From Raillietiella orientalis (taxonomy: Eukaryota), in the NCBI GenBank assembly GCA_036172245.1, contig JAYWIR010000020.1:2852001-2916000 (forward strand): 64,000 nucleotides of DNA, in the 5' to 3' direction. The notes below the pieces were generated by a model, which had not been told where the DNA came from, did not search any database, and saw nothing but the letters and a program-made list of their open reading frames with translations. Positions within the stretch are counted from its first letter, which is position 1; every line of letters starts with the position of its first letter. Both the position numbers and the translations under genes were made by a program. Shown here one piece after another: positions 26,481 through 40,100 of this stretch.

Positions 26481-27380
26481 TGGACCTCGTCTACCCCCCT
26501 TGCTCCGGTGCTGCCCTCCCTGAAAAATGCAAGGGACAGCATGATCCCGGCAAGTGACATGCTGCTTACCAGCAAAGACGAAGCTTCTGGGGGCGCGGAC
26601 AGCTCGGGAAGTGACGGACAGCTGCCACCCCGAGTGTCCCACTCCAAGGACTTCTACGCTGGGGTGAGCTGCTCGACATCCCCCCGGAGTAGGTGAATTG
26701 CTCCCCCCGCAGCGTGCTGGAGCAGTGGCGCCCTCCTCCTCGAGTGGCACGTGTTGGCGTTGCTGGTGTTGCATGGGGGAATCCCGTGCGCAGCGCGCCT
26801 TCACCACTGGACACTGAGGAGTGCGACTGGTGCGCGAGGGTCTCCATCTTCCCGCTGCTGTTGGACCGTGCTGCCCTCACATCCCTTTGGGATCGCCTCG
26901 CGGCGACTCTAGGAATGGCCCCAGCGACGTTCGGAGGGAAGCCCCAGGGACGTTTTCAAGGTGCGTTCCCCGCAGTCCTTCGCCATCTCCGCGGGATCAC
27001 GGCGGCCTGGGACGCCGGAAGAGGAGGCCGAAACGGCAGGGACGCCATCCACTGGGCGCGGATCTTCCTGAGGATCGCCTCGAGATGACCCCACCTGGGG
27101 GCGAGACACGGACGGAACTTGCCGGCACTCTGGGAAACAGGATGCAGAGGGAGCCTGGCAGCGTACCGTGTGACCCCTTTCTCGGTCTTCCCTCCCCGTG
27201 TACGATTTCCCCTCCCCTGTTTCGTTTGTTTGTTTGTTTTTGTTTTGTTTTCCCTTCCCCCACGCTGCCGAAGCGGTCCTCGCCGGTCTGCGTGCCGCTC
27301 TTCGGCAGGTTCATCGCGCGTGGTAGAACCCACGGTCTCATTACATCAATGTATCTTCGTTGCCTTATGTAACGAAATGC
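26481..27380. repeat. 900-bp inverted duplicate of 2541-3440
   Basis: See 2541-3440. Confidence 0.95.
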
Positions 27381-29479
27381 CCCGGAGTAAGCGGGCGATA
27401 ATCATAGCGACCGTTCTGGAAGGATCTGCGATTTGAGGTGTTTGAAAAGAAGGGGGAAATGGGACCGTAGCATGGAGACGGGGATACGAGGGCGATCCCA
27501 TCGGCTTGCAGCGCAACAGGACTTTGAAATGCAACCTTCTTTGCCCCCGTTCGTCTTGCCAAACCACCTCCCAGGCACAAGCGGTGTCTCTTCTCGCACA
27601 GCCAACGTCTTTCTCTCACGCTCGAGATCACCACCCGGCGAGGAAGCGGTTGAAGAAGAGAGAAAGAAAAGGGAAGTGGTTAGTCCCTCCCCTTTTCTGC
27701 CCGGGCCCCGTGGTGCCTAGCGTAATGGCCATTGGCTTCATCGATCACGGGAGCACATGCTCAAAGAGCGAGCCCGGCACTTGCGACTGGAAAGGGTGTA
27801 TTGAATTGCGCCGCGGGCTATCTAGGAGCCCCTCACAAAGCGGCTTTCCGGAGCCGCGCCCGCATTCAACAATGGGGTCCGCCTGTCACAACATTGGTCA
27901 GGGGAAGAGGGAAATCGGATACGAACAATGGTACCTCGTGTCGACATCCTGTCTCCTTGAGAGAGCACTTGGAAAGTCGGTCCTAAATGCGCTCCCAGCG
28001 CGCACCGTTGCCATGGCAGATGTTTTCGAGCGGTCGTGTCCTGCTCGCTGGTCCCTCGGCGAGAACCCTCGGGGAGGAGGAAAGAGAAACGAATGGCGGG
28101 AGCGGAAGATGAGCGCGAGGATGGAGGGATCCCTCCAGAGGCAGGCAGCCAAGAGCCATATTTCTCTCTCCGTTGTCAGCGCAGACGGAAACATTAGGGG
28201 TCGCACCTTTCCAGGTCTCCCGGAGCGTTGATCTCCGATGCTGCCGAGGAACCTGGAGATGACAGAACTTGAGCTTGTGGTTACACCGAATGGTCCTTGT
28301 CCCTGCTTCCTCGCACCATCCTGATCAGGATTGTCCTACGATGCTGCGAGGTCATGACCCTTCCATGTCGAAGGGGAAGGGGAAAAACGAAATCCGGACC
28401 GGCTGAGACCAGTGGGAAAACGCAGGATTCTGGAACTAAAGACAAACTCTGACTCGAGCTCTTGAAACAGAGGTTTCTTCGTGCACCCAAACGTTCAGTC
28501 TTTTGTACGCACCAGCCAGGAGGTCGCGCAACGGTTATTGGTCAGCAGCTGGATGCCATCAACCGCATTCGGAGACCGGCATGATCTGCCAAGATGTTCA
28601 TCTAGGATGCCGGGATCACCGATGGTCTCGATTGATGGAATGAAGGTTCTGCATCACAAAGATGGCGCCTGCGCTCCCTGCACGGTTTGACGAAAATTTC
28701 CTGACATTGGATTCAACGACGCGTCCCTTCCCTAGAGTCTGTTTGCGCGTGCAAGCGACCGAACCGTGCCACTGTGCTTCCTGTTTTGCTGCATCAACAA
28801 GGCAGTGTGGACTGCTGAAGAGAGAACGACACTCTGGACGCATCATCCCTCCACCCAGAAACGAACTCTTTGAGGTGCGCCTATGTGCGGTGGATCTTTC
28901 CATTTCTTCTGCTTTTCTTTTCTTTTCTTTCTTTCTTTCTTTTTTTACCCAATTCGCCATCAGACGAATTCCACGAGACTTAAAGTGTGAGTGGAAGAGG
29001 ATGGATTCTTTTTGAAGTTGCTCCTGTCATCTCTTTAAGCTGTGATTCCGGTTTTCAAGATGAGGACTGTTTGAAATTGCTTGCTGAAAAGCCCTATTGG
29101 TCCTCGGAGTGATTCAGAATGCGAGGAATTTTTCCCCTTTCGTTCCATGGATAGCGCACATCAGCAGCCCATTTATTTGGGCCTGAACTGACACTGCAGT
29201 ATGCATCATCCTTTAAACTTCTAAAGGCATCCTCGACTGGTGAGGGTAGGAAGAAAGGTGTGCATCATTCCGTCATAAGGAATGGCGAAACTATTTAAGA
29301 AAAACATAACTGCATCGTTGGTACAAATTATGCTAACATCAGCAGAAGTATTTTTTTTTTTTTTTTGAAAAAATGAGATTCCTTTTTTTCTAAACATGTG
29401 ATCACTACTCATTTGTTTTCAAATGTGATATTTTCCTTATCTCTTCTAGTTTTTTTTTTTTATAGACTCTTGGCCTTTA

Positions 29480-29800
29480 CAAAATGCCTGCTTTCCAGAT
29501 GCGCTTCATCTCAAGGAATCACCTCAGCCTTGATTTCGTTTCCTATTTTTGGTTGCTTGAAGTTCTGCGGCATTCCAGACGTGCTCGGATTTTTCACATG
29601 CTGGAGTTGTTAAAAAGTGCCCATCTAGTAGGCCAGTTCGAAGCAGCAGTGGCAAATCTTCTCCCCAGTGTGTTCTTCTACCCCCAGATTCGGTATCCTT
29701 TCCCTTTGCGTCGTGGACCTCATTTCTTTACCCCTGCTTTCAACAGAGAATACAAAAATGAGAACGTGGAACGTCTCCCAAGTGGAAAGAACCACTTGGG
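29480..29800 (+). mobile_element. Possible Gypsy integrase remnant
   Basis: ANLLPSVFFY resembles the W...LP.VLFAYR motif; weak. Confidence 0.25.
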
Positions 29801-30042
29801 AGACGTCACGCTTAAAAGGATTGACGGAACCATCATCCTTTCGAGACTTCTCAAAGCTACTTGATTTTTTGGAAAAGCTGGAGAAAAAACTCCCGAGCAC
29901 AGTTGTCTTATTCATAATAAACTATCTACACAGCATTCTATAAGCTCTTTTTGCCGAATGAGTCATCAGAAAACCGAGCCATCAACAGCTGATAGATTAT
30001 TTACGTTAAGCTCCACCTAACCAATGCTCCAATACTTAACTA

Positions 30043-30366
30043 CAGTGCACATTCGATGTAGTCTCCTTTGATAAAAGAAACTTCGGCCGTAAGCAGCCCT
30101 GGTGGTTGTCAACATTTTCAAGTTCTCCGCCATTCGATGAAAGGAACTTTTCCCGACCGCGTTCAAGTCGAAGAGGGAACGAAGGTCAAAGTGCCGTGTT
30201 CGAAATGTAACGTGGACAAATCAGCAATTTCGAAAATCGTGAAAAACGAAGAGAACTCGGAGGCCCGCGGTCGCCTCACGCTGTGATGTTCCGAAACACC
30301 GAAGAATGGGGTGACCGACCATCCATTGAAATGTCCCGAAATGGAACGAGCTCCACATTCGTAATC

Positions 30367-30401
<35 letters not shown>

Positions 30402-31202
30402 ACAACAGCGGGGCTTGGAAAAAACCACCACGACAAACGAAATCTTGAAGTGGAAGGCCAAGGAAATTCATGTTCGGTTGGGATGGAATGGGGAATGTCC
30501 GGCAAGGGGTGGGTGGCAGCTGAGCAACTTCAAGAAAAGACATGGTAGTCGCCTATTGACCATGCCCGGGGAGAAACTGTCGTGCGAACGAAACTGGTGC
30601 CCTCACGGGATCCAGTTTTCTTAGAAAAATTTAGAGAGATGCTTGATGAAAACCAATATCTAATGGAGCAAGTCTGTAATCGTGAAGAAACAGGACTGGT
30701 GTACAAAGGATCACCAAATAAAACGAATGCTCATCGAAATGAAGTAACAGCCCCTGGGAGGAAAAATAGAAAGGAAAGGGCCACTTTGAAATACCTGCAG
30801 CGATGCCAAATTTGATATGGACAAAGTTATTGACCACTCATTCCATTTAGCTATGGAGTGGTCAGAAAGTGCCTGCCTTCCTGTCCGTGATGTTCTTCTC
30901 CCGAGAAGAATACCGGAAAAGGCAGTCGTGAAGAAGTTTGAATAAAATTTCAGATCGTATCGTCATCATCATTTACCATACACCATCGTTATTTTTACTT
31001 TTGCAATGTTCATTAAATTTGTTCATTCGATTACAAAAATTCATGCAGCTGTCCCACAATTTGGTTTCTTTCATTTAATTGTCCAAAATTATTTTTTTTC
31101 TATTTTGACACAACCCATCTCGATGCAATCAACAACCTTCTATAAAGGCAACATTTTTGAAATTTCGATTCCAGCAAAGGTGACTCTGTCGAATGAGCAC
31201 TG
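30043..31202 (+). mobile_element. Tigger/pogo-family DNA transposon, internally deleted
   Basis: TA-flanked imperfect TIRs CAGTGCACATTCGATGTAGTCTCCTTTG / CAAAGGTGACTCTGTCGAATGAGCACTG. Remnants of psq-HTH (VDKSAISKIVKN), CENP-B HTH (GW.LSNFKKRHG) and DDE_1 start (EQVCNREETGLVYK...APGRKNRKERAT). Confidence 0.85.
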
Positions 31203-32429
31203 TACCTGCATCATTCGACCGCATTCTTCGACATTTATGTTGGCAAGCTCTACCATGAAATCATCTTGTGGACGAGGTGACCAGGATCGGTTCGAGGTGT
31301 TGCTGACCACCCCACCCTTTCCAGGATTTGTTCCGAGATTGATTGGCAAATCAAGCGGATTTAGCAGCCTGATTATCAAACCCGGAGCAGGTGTCAGGAA
31401 TGATTGAGGAAACCAGCAACCGTGGCTGAAGCTGAACCCACAAGCTCAGAGATTGAAAAATAAAAATGAAAATTACAGATTCAAAAATGAAATTCAACAA
31501 AAAAATTACCAAGAAACAAAAATAAGTAAATAGCTTATGCCATGTTTTGACATATCCAGCAGTATGTTGTAGCATATTGCTCCATGATTGCAAGCTGATA
31601 AAGGATTTCTCTTTTTTTTTTTTTTTGGCTGATACTGAATTGAATCAGAAGGGATGTAAAGATTCAGAATTCGAAAGTCCAAGGTTGAGGACATCATTAG
31701 AGAGAACTGTAAAGTATGTATGATCTAAATAAACACAGAGAATTGCCTCTATGAATCTGAAGTTCACTCATCTTAATGATCAACTTTCAACTTAATGATT
31801 AGTAGTCGAAAAAGAATTCCTAGACTTTGCTTTTCTGTCGAGACATCTGAGAACGCACTTGAAGTTTCTGTAGGTTCCTGGTGAGGATTTTTCAGCTGGG
31901 ATTGCCAGAGACGCTAGGGCCAGGAGTTTAAATTCTACGAAAGTCCAAAAAAAAATCATGGGAAATTATAGGTAGAGAGAAAATACCAAAAAATTTTAAT
32001 GCAAAAAAAAAAAAATGACGCTCTTGGCACTTGGGAGAGAAAGACGAACAAAATCTCGTTCCTAGAAAAACGGATGTGTGGAGTCGTTACTCACTGTATG
32101 TTTTAGATGCCTAAAACGTTAAAAACACGTCGTCAGCATGGAAAGATCGAAGTTATTATCATGGATTATCATCCAGAGAGCTTGTAATGAATAGGAGCAC
32201 GAAATCAAACATGAAGCAACTGAAGCGTCGACCTTGATGATGCGCTTAAACCCTTTCAGAACTTCTTATTGACGAGGACGTTGAAGAAATCATGGGCTAA
32301 AATAACGTTTTGAAACCTTTCCGTGTCAGAGGTTTTGAGAAATCGGGAAATCATGCACCATGGAAATGAATCAGCTTGAAATTTAAAAGCACTGAGACCC
32401 CCACAAAAGTATTAGTTACTTTGGGGGTG

Positions 32430-33080
32430 TTCGTAGGGGTATGGAGTTGTTGGGAGCTGTAACGACTTCAACTGTATTAAAAGACGGTTATTAAAAAGCC
32501 CGTGATACTGCTGATGAAAGGCTGTCCCGATGCGCAAATAAATGAATACGAATGGTATGCTGATAAACTCGTAAGCAAAGGCTGTGCCTTCAGCAAAATA
32601 TTTCAAGGTTTCCGAATCTGCTGCATTGGAAAGAAAAAAAATTGGTGGCCTTACGGGTGATTTCTCCAAAATTCTAGACCCACGACACGGAGCCAATCCG
32701 ATGGAATGAGGAAACGTCTTCCCTGGAAAAGGTCGAATTAGATGAGAAAAAAGGATATTATGTATTGAATGAATCTACAGCTATCTCTAATAAGTGAGAG
32801 ACGACGGTGTTTTTATGATACTGAGTCTGTTTTTTGCTGTGAATCGCAGAAGACTATAAAAAGGTTAGGCAGGAGACTTCCTAGATTGCTGAGAGATCAA
32901 CACCTATATAAACTTTTGATTTGATATGTGATGAAATCATCGTGTAATCGAAATTCACTTTCGGAATCAACTACGGATAGCTCAAATGAATCTTGTCCCT
33001 CTCTCTAGAGCCATCAAAGATGTGAGTATATTGTTGAAAGTATGCCACTTCACATCCAAGCATCCCTAAGGTTACGGAGG
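32430..33080 (+). mobile_element. Probable Penelope-like RT remnant
   Basis: LMKGCP (G..MG.P-like), RDDG (YVDD-like), KFT and a K.P...YL...SHP-like segment occur in order; very decayed. Confidence 0.35.
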
Positions 33081-36000
33081 TGGTGGCAGGGGATCCTTAA
33101 GTTGATACGAAACAAGCGCAGGACCACTGTCCAGGTTGAAAAATTTCGACCAGAGCTCTGGGAAACATGACACTGAGGTCACCTCATCCTTCCACTCAGA
33201 AATCCAGATGAAATGCAATACTAGTGAAATGTCCTCAAAAGCAGCAAAGGATTTGTTGTTAGATGTCTGATTACCTCTCCAGTTCAAGTTTCCCTTCCAG
33301 CACTAAAAGGCACTCCTTAAAAACTCCTTTGGAATAGAAATGGATTGCATTAATTATTGTTTTCTGAGTATTTTTTTTTACACGAAATCTCCAGTAGAAG
33401 CATATCTCAACATCATCCCTAAATCATTCAGAGTACGTAACAAACTTGAATGTTGATGCGTAAAACACGATAAGAGGAAAGCATTTAAAGAAGAAGATAA
33501 CAAGAAAGCTGTTTTTGGAATGAAAAAAACACACACACAAAGATCATTTCTGGATTAGAAGAATGTCGGTAACATGCAGGACTCTTCAAAGTGATAGTGT
33601 TCAACGGTGGATGCCTATCGAAATGACGAATGAAGTAGGACAAAAATTTGGGAACTGAAAGATTCTCTTGTGCTTTCCTGAAGTGTTAAAATCCGATTGG
33701 CTTCGGCCGACCTTCACCGAAAGAAATGAAAATGCGATTATAACCAAAAAAAAACACACACACACACACACAAAAAAAAAAAAAACAACTTCTGAGTATT
33801 CAGATGACTTTGAAGAATTTTCTCCTTAGGAAATCAAGGGAATTTGCCGGTGACAAATGCACCGTTTGCATATACAAAACACCGTTTTTCCAAAATCTAA
33901 AAGTAGGACACTGTAGTTGAATGGAAGGCGTGTGTGTTTCCAAAATACCAGCGATTTGATGCGAGAAATCATCCTCCATTTTTAGAAAATGATTCGTTTT
34001 ATGAAATTGATTACATCTATCTAGCAAATTATGCTGCATTGGAAGATGAGCCGATTAGAGCAACAGTACTGTACGTAAGATGCAAGAGTAGTCACATGTT
34101 CCAGATTTCAGATGGCGATCAGCTGAGGAAAAGAAAACCCAACAGATCGAACGAAATCCCATGAAAGTCGTAGGTGATGCTCTCTCCTAGAAACTCAAGC
34201 AGCCGACCGAGAGCAAACGAATCGGGAAATAGAAGCCGGCATGAATCAGCCGGCTACCTGGCTTGGCCTGGAGTGGCCATAGCACAACAGCAAAGATTTG
34301 TTGCATCCGAAGGATCAGAGGAAAAGAAACAGACGATGGTTGTGAGGAAAGGCGGAATCGAAGATGGGGCCGAGAGGTGAATTTTGCGAGTGGTCAAGTG
34401 AAAACGGAAACTCTGGAGCGATTTAACGGAATTGTGGGTTCTTCGTGCCGACGCGTTTCACAAAGTTTCCCTGGTGATTCAATCCTGCAGTTTTCGTCGC
34501 ACGAGACTTCTTTGTTTAGGAAACATCTGACCTCCTGGAGATCCCTCATTTGCTTTCAATTATTACTACCTTCTCTGACAAAAGAAAGGGTTGTGTTTCG
34601 AACATATTGCACTTAGGTTCAGTGAAGAATGCTCCGTCACAGCAGGTGCTCTTTGATCATTCAAGACTCGGGCGAAGAAAGGGTGCTCTTCCCATCATCA
34701 GCGACAATTTGTGCTTGCTGAAAAATCATAAATGTAGCTATTAGAAAATAGCAATTCGCTGAATGGCCATTTTGTATCACCTGAGAATTAATTGCTAGCC
34801 GTAAATATTTAGTGTGTTTCCGAAAAATCGCCAGAAAATTGCAATTGCAGAATTGAAAATGCGAAGTGTTCCTAATGGCTGAAAGAAAATCCTAATGCGA
34901 AGCAGAAGATGATGATGAGTTGAAGTCCTCGAGAGTTGTTGCACAGCTGAAGCGAAAGGCATAAACTACTGAAAGGCAACAGGAATGTGCTAACCGTTTG
35001 GTATCCACTTAATAAATGCAAATCTAGAGAGCAGGAGATTGAACACTGACTGCACACATCGAATGACAGAAGACCAACACAAGCAATGTGAGAAGCATCA
35101 GTTGCATCTAATCAACAGGTGGTTCTTTTGAAAATCAACGTGTACAGAAATTAAGCCAAAATCTCGAAGATTTTTCTTTAAACCACAGGAGAATGTTCCA
35201 TCGTGTGTACTCTCGCTTCCAAGTTATCTTTGCCTGAAGAGGACTTGCTCTGTAACGCGTTGAAAAAAATCCAAAGTCGGATATACTGGTTTACTGAGCT
35301 CCAAATGCATAGAGATCAGAAGTTCTGTATGCACTTTTAGTAGAGGACGTGAACATGGAATGCACCATCGAAAATTCAGCACCGATAATTGTGCTCTTCA
35401 CTGTCAACTTTGAGAGAAAAAGTATAGGAAAAGAAAGGGAAAGACGTTGTTGTTCATTGAGACTGCCTTTGGCAAGGAAAAGGAAGCTAGAATGCGAGTT
35501 CTCCACAAAAGCAAGGTCCACAATCCAGCTTCCTTTTCTCGATCTCCATTGCTGTTGTCGGGGTTTTTCGCACTGATTTGTTCTTTTATGCACCACGCCA
35601 AGAATTTGAAAGGAAACTCGATTTTCAATAGAATGCAGTGTCGAGGAACTCTGTTTTTATTAAATCACGTTTTTCCATTAACAGGGAAGAAGACAGTGTC
35701 CAAACCCGGTTTCCAGAAATAAGCCAGATTTCTTTTTCATTTTATTGCCAATACTGAACTGCTTGGGTTTCATTTTAGTTTCTTCGCAATTAGGTGCTGC
35801 GGATTCTTAGTATGCCCTCCATCTTCCTGAATAAGATTTCTCTATCTTTGATTTTTGGAAGCTCAACTTGAAACCAAAGCTGATCCTCACTTGCGTGGTG
35901 GTGTTGCACATCTCCGAGAACTGCACTTTCACCCGAACGATTTTTAAACGCTAATTCGTTTCATGCTGCTGCTTTTTATGCTTATTGATACGATCGTGTT

Positions 36001-36989
36001 ATCAAATGGCAATACGAACAAGGTCACTTTACTGCTTGTACTCCTAAATAGGTGTGTCATTTCTTCTAGGTGAAACGTGCAAAAACCATTCCAAGAAATT
36101 CGCGCCGCTGCATTTTTGTTTCCCATTTTTGTTTCCTTCCGTGCTGCTCACGACGAATAAGAGCAAGTGAGCAGTAAGTAGTGGAAACGAAAAATTGGAC
36201 CACTTTGAATCGGCATTTTAAAGGGTTAGTTATGATGCGCCCAACTGACCAACCTACTTTAATTGAAAGGAATGTTTATTTCCCGGAGATAACCTCAACT
36301 CAGCATGGCCTCCCTGTTGCATGGTGTTGCACACGAAAGAGCAGCTTGCTGGTCTTACATGGCTACGTCCAACGCAAGCCTTCCTCGGTGCACAGAGAAA
36401 CCATGGTGTGGTAAGCTTTTTTTTGTAATCACCTATTACTATCCTATTACCCAGCACAAGTGGGGCGAAAACCTACAGATTACAACTTGGGAGAAATTTC
36501 TCTCAACAGTTTTGGCATGAATCTTTCGAGTCTAAGAGTAGAGCATTCACGGACATGGTGTCTCATCTCAAAGAATCTCAAACAAGCAGCTTTCCGAGCT
36601 CAGACCACATTCTTCAATTTTCTTTATCTGACTTCATTAGGGCTGCTAAGGTGCACCCACCACCTTTTGATGGAAGAATTCCTTCCAAAGGTCTTTGAAT
36701 CCAAGATGCTGCCAGTTTTTTTTTTTTTTTTTTCCCGTGAACTTTCTCTATAATGTTTCTCTATTCTGTTCTTTTTTATTCGTAATCGTGTGCCGTGTTT
36801 ATCCGTTTCCTCCCCCATCATACTCCACTATTCTTCAGGGACTCAAAGTACTCATAATCTCTTCTTTTTTTCTTTTCTGGAAAAAAACAAAGAAAAATTA
36901 TGCCTTTATATTATTTATGTTCTTTAAAATCTAGGTTTCCATTATAAAGAGTGGAAAACATAGAAGCCACTTTCCATCATAGTTCCATG

Positions 36990-38200
36990 TATCGTACAAA
37001 GGAAAAAAGCGAGCACTTTTCTCTCTCTGTAATGCGTGCCGATAGAAGCAGCGTAATGAACTGTGCTGACAACCACAAGGCTTTCCTTCTTGAGAATATG
37101 AAGTCGCTGTACCAAACAGGAACGGCTTACAGGATTCTTGCATGTAATCGACAGTGGAAATCGACAGTCAGTCAGTCGGGGGGAAGAGGAAGAGTGCAGC
37201 GTCGTTCTCCAAGGGTCCTGGAGAGGGATGTTTGCCACATAACGAGAATCGTTAGAAAATTCACTGTTCATTCAATGCAAATGTGGAAGAACGAAGAATT
37301 CAGTGGGTCAGAATGGATGCCAAGCAAGGAACAGTTCAGAAAGACAATTCCTTGGTCGCAGTGTTTTGGACGATACGCCTGCCACATTCGGCAAGGACTA
37401 AGGGAACCCATTCGGCGGGGGTGCAGCGTAACCCGTTGGTTTCCTCCTGCGGTGAAATGGCATGCAAAAAATGAAGCAGATAAGACCCAAGGGAGACCCA
37501 GCGTAGAGCAGCGCTCCCCAAACTATGCCCTGAGGAACACTGGTGTCAAGACGCGGAAAGTCAATAAGTGTTCCGTGCAAAATTACGAAAATTAATATAT
37601 TTTAAACGCTATTAAGTTTATTTTACTATTTTCATGTGTGTTTTGTTTTACATGATTGAAATTTGAGAATAAATGTTTGTTTTGCTTTCTTAACCATCAT
37701 ATTTACTGCTTGATTTATTTATTATGAATATCTACCTACCCGATAAAATAACCAAAGTATTCCGTTAAAATTTCAGGATTTGTGAAGTGTTCCGTCACTG
37801 GAAAAGTTTGGGAAACGTTACCGTAGTGCACCTGGAAACGCTGGGAATGAAACCCATCTCTCTACACGTGATACATGAGACAGTACAGTTTCTATAGAAA
37901 ACGACTGGCCTAGGAGAATTTCCGTGAAACAGATTCCGTGTGGATCATCCCAATAATATAATACGATTCCAAGTACAGCCCAGAAAAAAATAAAATTGGC
38001 TTGTGCTACAGAAACCGTTATGACCTAGCAGAAGACCTAACACAAGGAAGATGCGATAACCACTGCTGCTGAATCTTTAATTCGAAAAAAATAGGCGTCT
38101 GGAACTGCAAATGGATATGTGGCCAATGCTCTCCACCTCACACGATCGATCAGAAATTGAACCCGTAAAAAATCCATCCTACGAATAGACCAAAGTAGCT
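36990..38200 (+). mobile_element. Tc1-like transposase fossil interrupted by a hAT MITE
   Basis: GRGR...ERDVCHITRIVRK and FGRYA resemble the Tc1 HTH linker; a DNDPKH-like remnant (acgattccaagtacagc, ~37962-37980) lies downstream of the insert. Confidence 0.45.
37509..37820. mobile_element. Non-autonomous hAT (Charlie-type) MITE, 312 bp
   Basis: Termini CAGCGCTCCCCAAACT / AGTTTGGGAAACGTTA; 8-bp flanks GCGTAGAG and CCGTAGTG (6/8 identical, central TA); AT-rich interior. Confidence 0.7.
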
Positions 38201-38739
38201 GTTTCTAATTGCAAGTAATTAAGTGGTAACGAGCAATGAAGAAAGTGCTCAACTTCATGTTTCAAGGAGGTTAGCAGATACGTGAAACATTAAATGACTT
38301 AGCGAGGTAATGATACTAACACGAAAGTTCCCATTCTCAGCTTCTGATGCTACATGTAAAATGCTTCTTCCTACTCACCAAATCTCGGGCACAGTTGAAA
38401 GCTCCCGAAACTATGAGTGCTAGTGTGGGTTTCGATTTAGTGGGTCACATGTTCTATATGCATGTTATGCCTGCCATTGAAAAAACTAGTACTATAAAAA
38501 ACGCAGGTTCGCTTTTGCCCCCAAATTCATCCCAATGGATGCCTCCGACTTCACTTAAAAATGATCCAATCTTCAAGCTCTTCTCACATCAAAGTTACTC
38601 TCCACAAAGCCGAAATGAGCTCTAAAAGGGAGAAAGCTCGTCTGCTGAAAAAGCAACCAGAGTTGGTGCAATAAACATGCAATCTAAAAATACCCGTAAC
38701 TTCGAGTGCTCACAGAATATATTTTTTGAGGAGAGGTTT

Positions 38740-39800
38740 GTTTGAAGTCATTCTGCACGCATGAAGGCCGTGCGTGCGGAATCCGAGGCGTGCTCGCATA
38801 TTTCTTTGGGAATACTTGGAGAGCTCAGCTAGTAGTAGGCAAGGGCGAAGGTCACCTGAACATCTTCAGACGACAAGGAGGCCGATATATGTATTTGGTA
38901 TCCCTTTTTCCTCGAACACTTGTGAACGACTCAGGGGTACTCTCCAGAGGGCAAGCAACGTCTAGGATGACCATTCTTCCCTCGTCGCCCAGTGTCAGAT
39001 CCAGACAGAGACTCCAGGTATGAACTTGTTTTTAGGAAAGTCCTTCTTAACTTCTTTTGATCTCCATCTTCAATCAGTAAAACTCTGCGACATGTAGCGG
39101 AATGTTCAGGATAGAATGCCATAGACAGTGATTTAATACCCGAGGCAGCGTCTCATCCCTGACTTGGCATCCTCTGCGACAATCTTGAATGCGATATGCA
39201 ATCCTCCTGACAGGGGGATCGTGAGCTGGGAAGCATGAATGAATCTGACATCCGAATATCGGACGCACTTCCCTGAAGTAAGAAGCAGATCAAGCTCCGG
39301 TGGAATCCATGGCATGGCATGGCTTTTCCTTGTGATGAGGTTTGCTATCAGGGAATGCCACGCCTGACTGCACGGAAGATTGCGCATACTTGGTGCCCAA
39401 CTTCCTCCCCACGGTTGCATCGAATGTGCTGCTGACGACGAGCAGCCTGAGGCTTTTCGCCCGCAAACGTATGTCTTGCTACCATGCAAGACCATCTTGG
39501 TGTTTGCAGACTTCGTAAGTCCATTCTACTTCGGAATTTCACGGAAATTTCTCCAGGTACAAACTCACCCGAGTCAACATCCGTAGGCGAGATGGCAATC
39601 CCCTTTTTTGCTATTTGACGGAGAGTTGAGCGAGCGAGGATGCCAGATCCTAAGACATGCGAGAAACTTAGAGCAGTTGTCCTCCATAAGTATACCCGTC
39701 TCGTGCAGGACATTCATAAGGCCCAGACATCCTTTTGAGTTTTTCCGAATTTGTTGGCTGCCCGACTGGGAAGGTGAAGAAGACACCTTCTTACAAACCT
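38740..39800 (+). mobile_element. L1-like thumb-to-zinc-domain remnant
   Basis: RRQGG (EGGL-like), then CIECAADDE (CxxC..E zinc motif). Confidence 0.4.
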
Positions 39801-40100
39801 CTTGACATGGCTATTTACAAGAATCCAAACTTAGGGAATCCTCACATCCTCTGGAAATGGACCAGGCATGGACAGAAGGATACTTTCAGCGATTCTTTTC
39901 TAGGTGAACAATCCGCGATCAAAAATGGCCTCCGTCCTGGACAGTATTTCACCTTTCTTGGAGATCGGATGAAACGCCCAAACGACTTTTTCAAGTATTT
40001 GTGAGTCTCAACTATTTCCAAGAATGGGATGTCCATTGATACGAAAGGCAAAGTCGGTCTTGTAGTCCGTGGAGTGGCAGTAGAGAACTGTAGCGTGGTA

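Larger units (their letters stand above)
24500..27380 (+). mobile_element. L1/Tx1-like fossil, copy 2
   Basis: Degenerate RT motifs; QDLTRDQQIGG corresponds to QDL*ALRKDGG of copy 1; shares the CDWC domain and 3' end with copy 1; interrupted by a SINE-like insert. Confidence 0.7.

Noticed and set aside
2541..27380. Polinton/Maverick or other giant TIR element (900-bp inverted ends, ~25-kb span)
   Set aside because: The repeats are LINE 3' sequence whose homology continues beyond the ends. There is no TSD and no polB, integrase, ATPase or capsid ORF inside.
33800..36400. Possible additional decayed element or gene
   Set aside because: No motif or consistent exon structure that I could assign.
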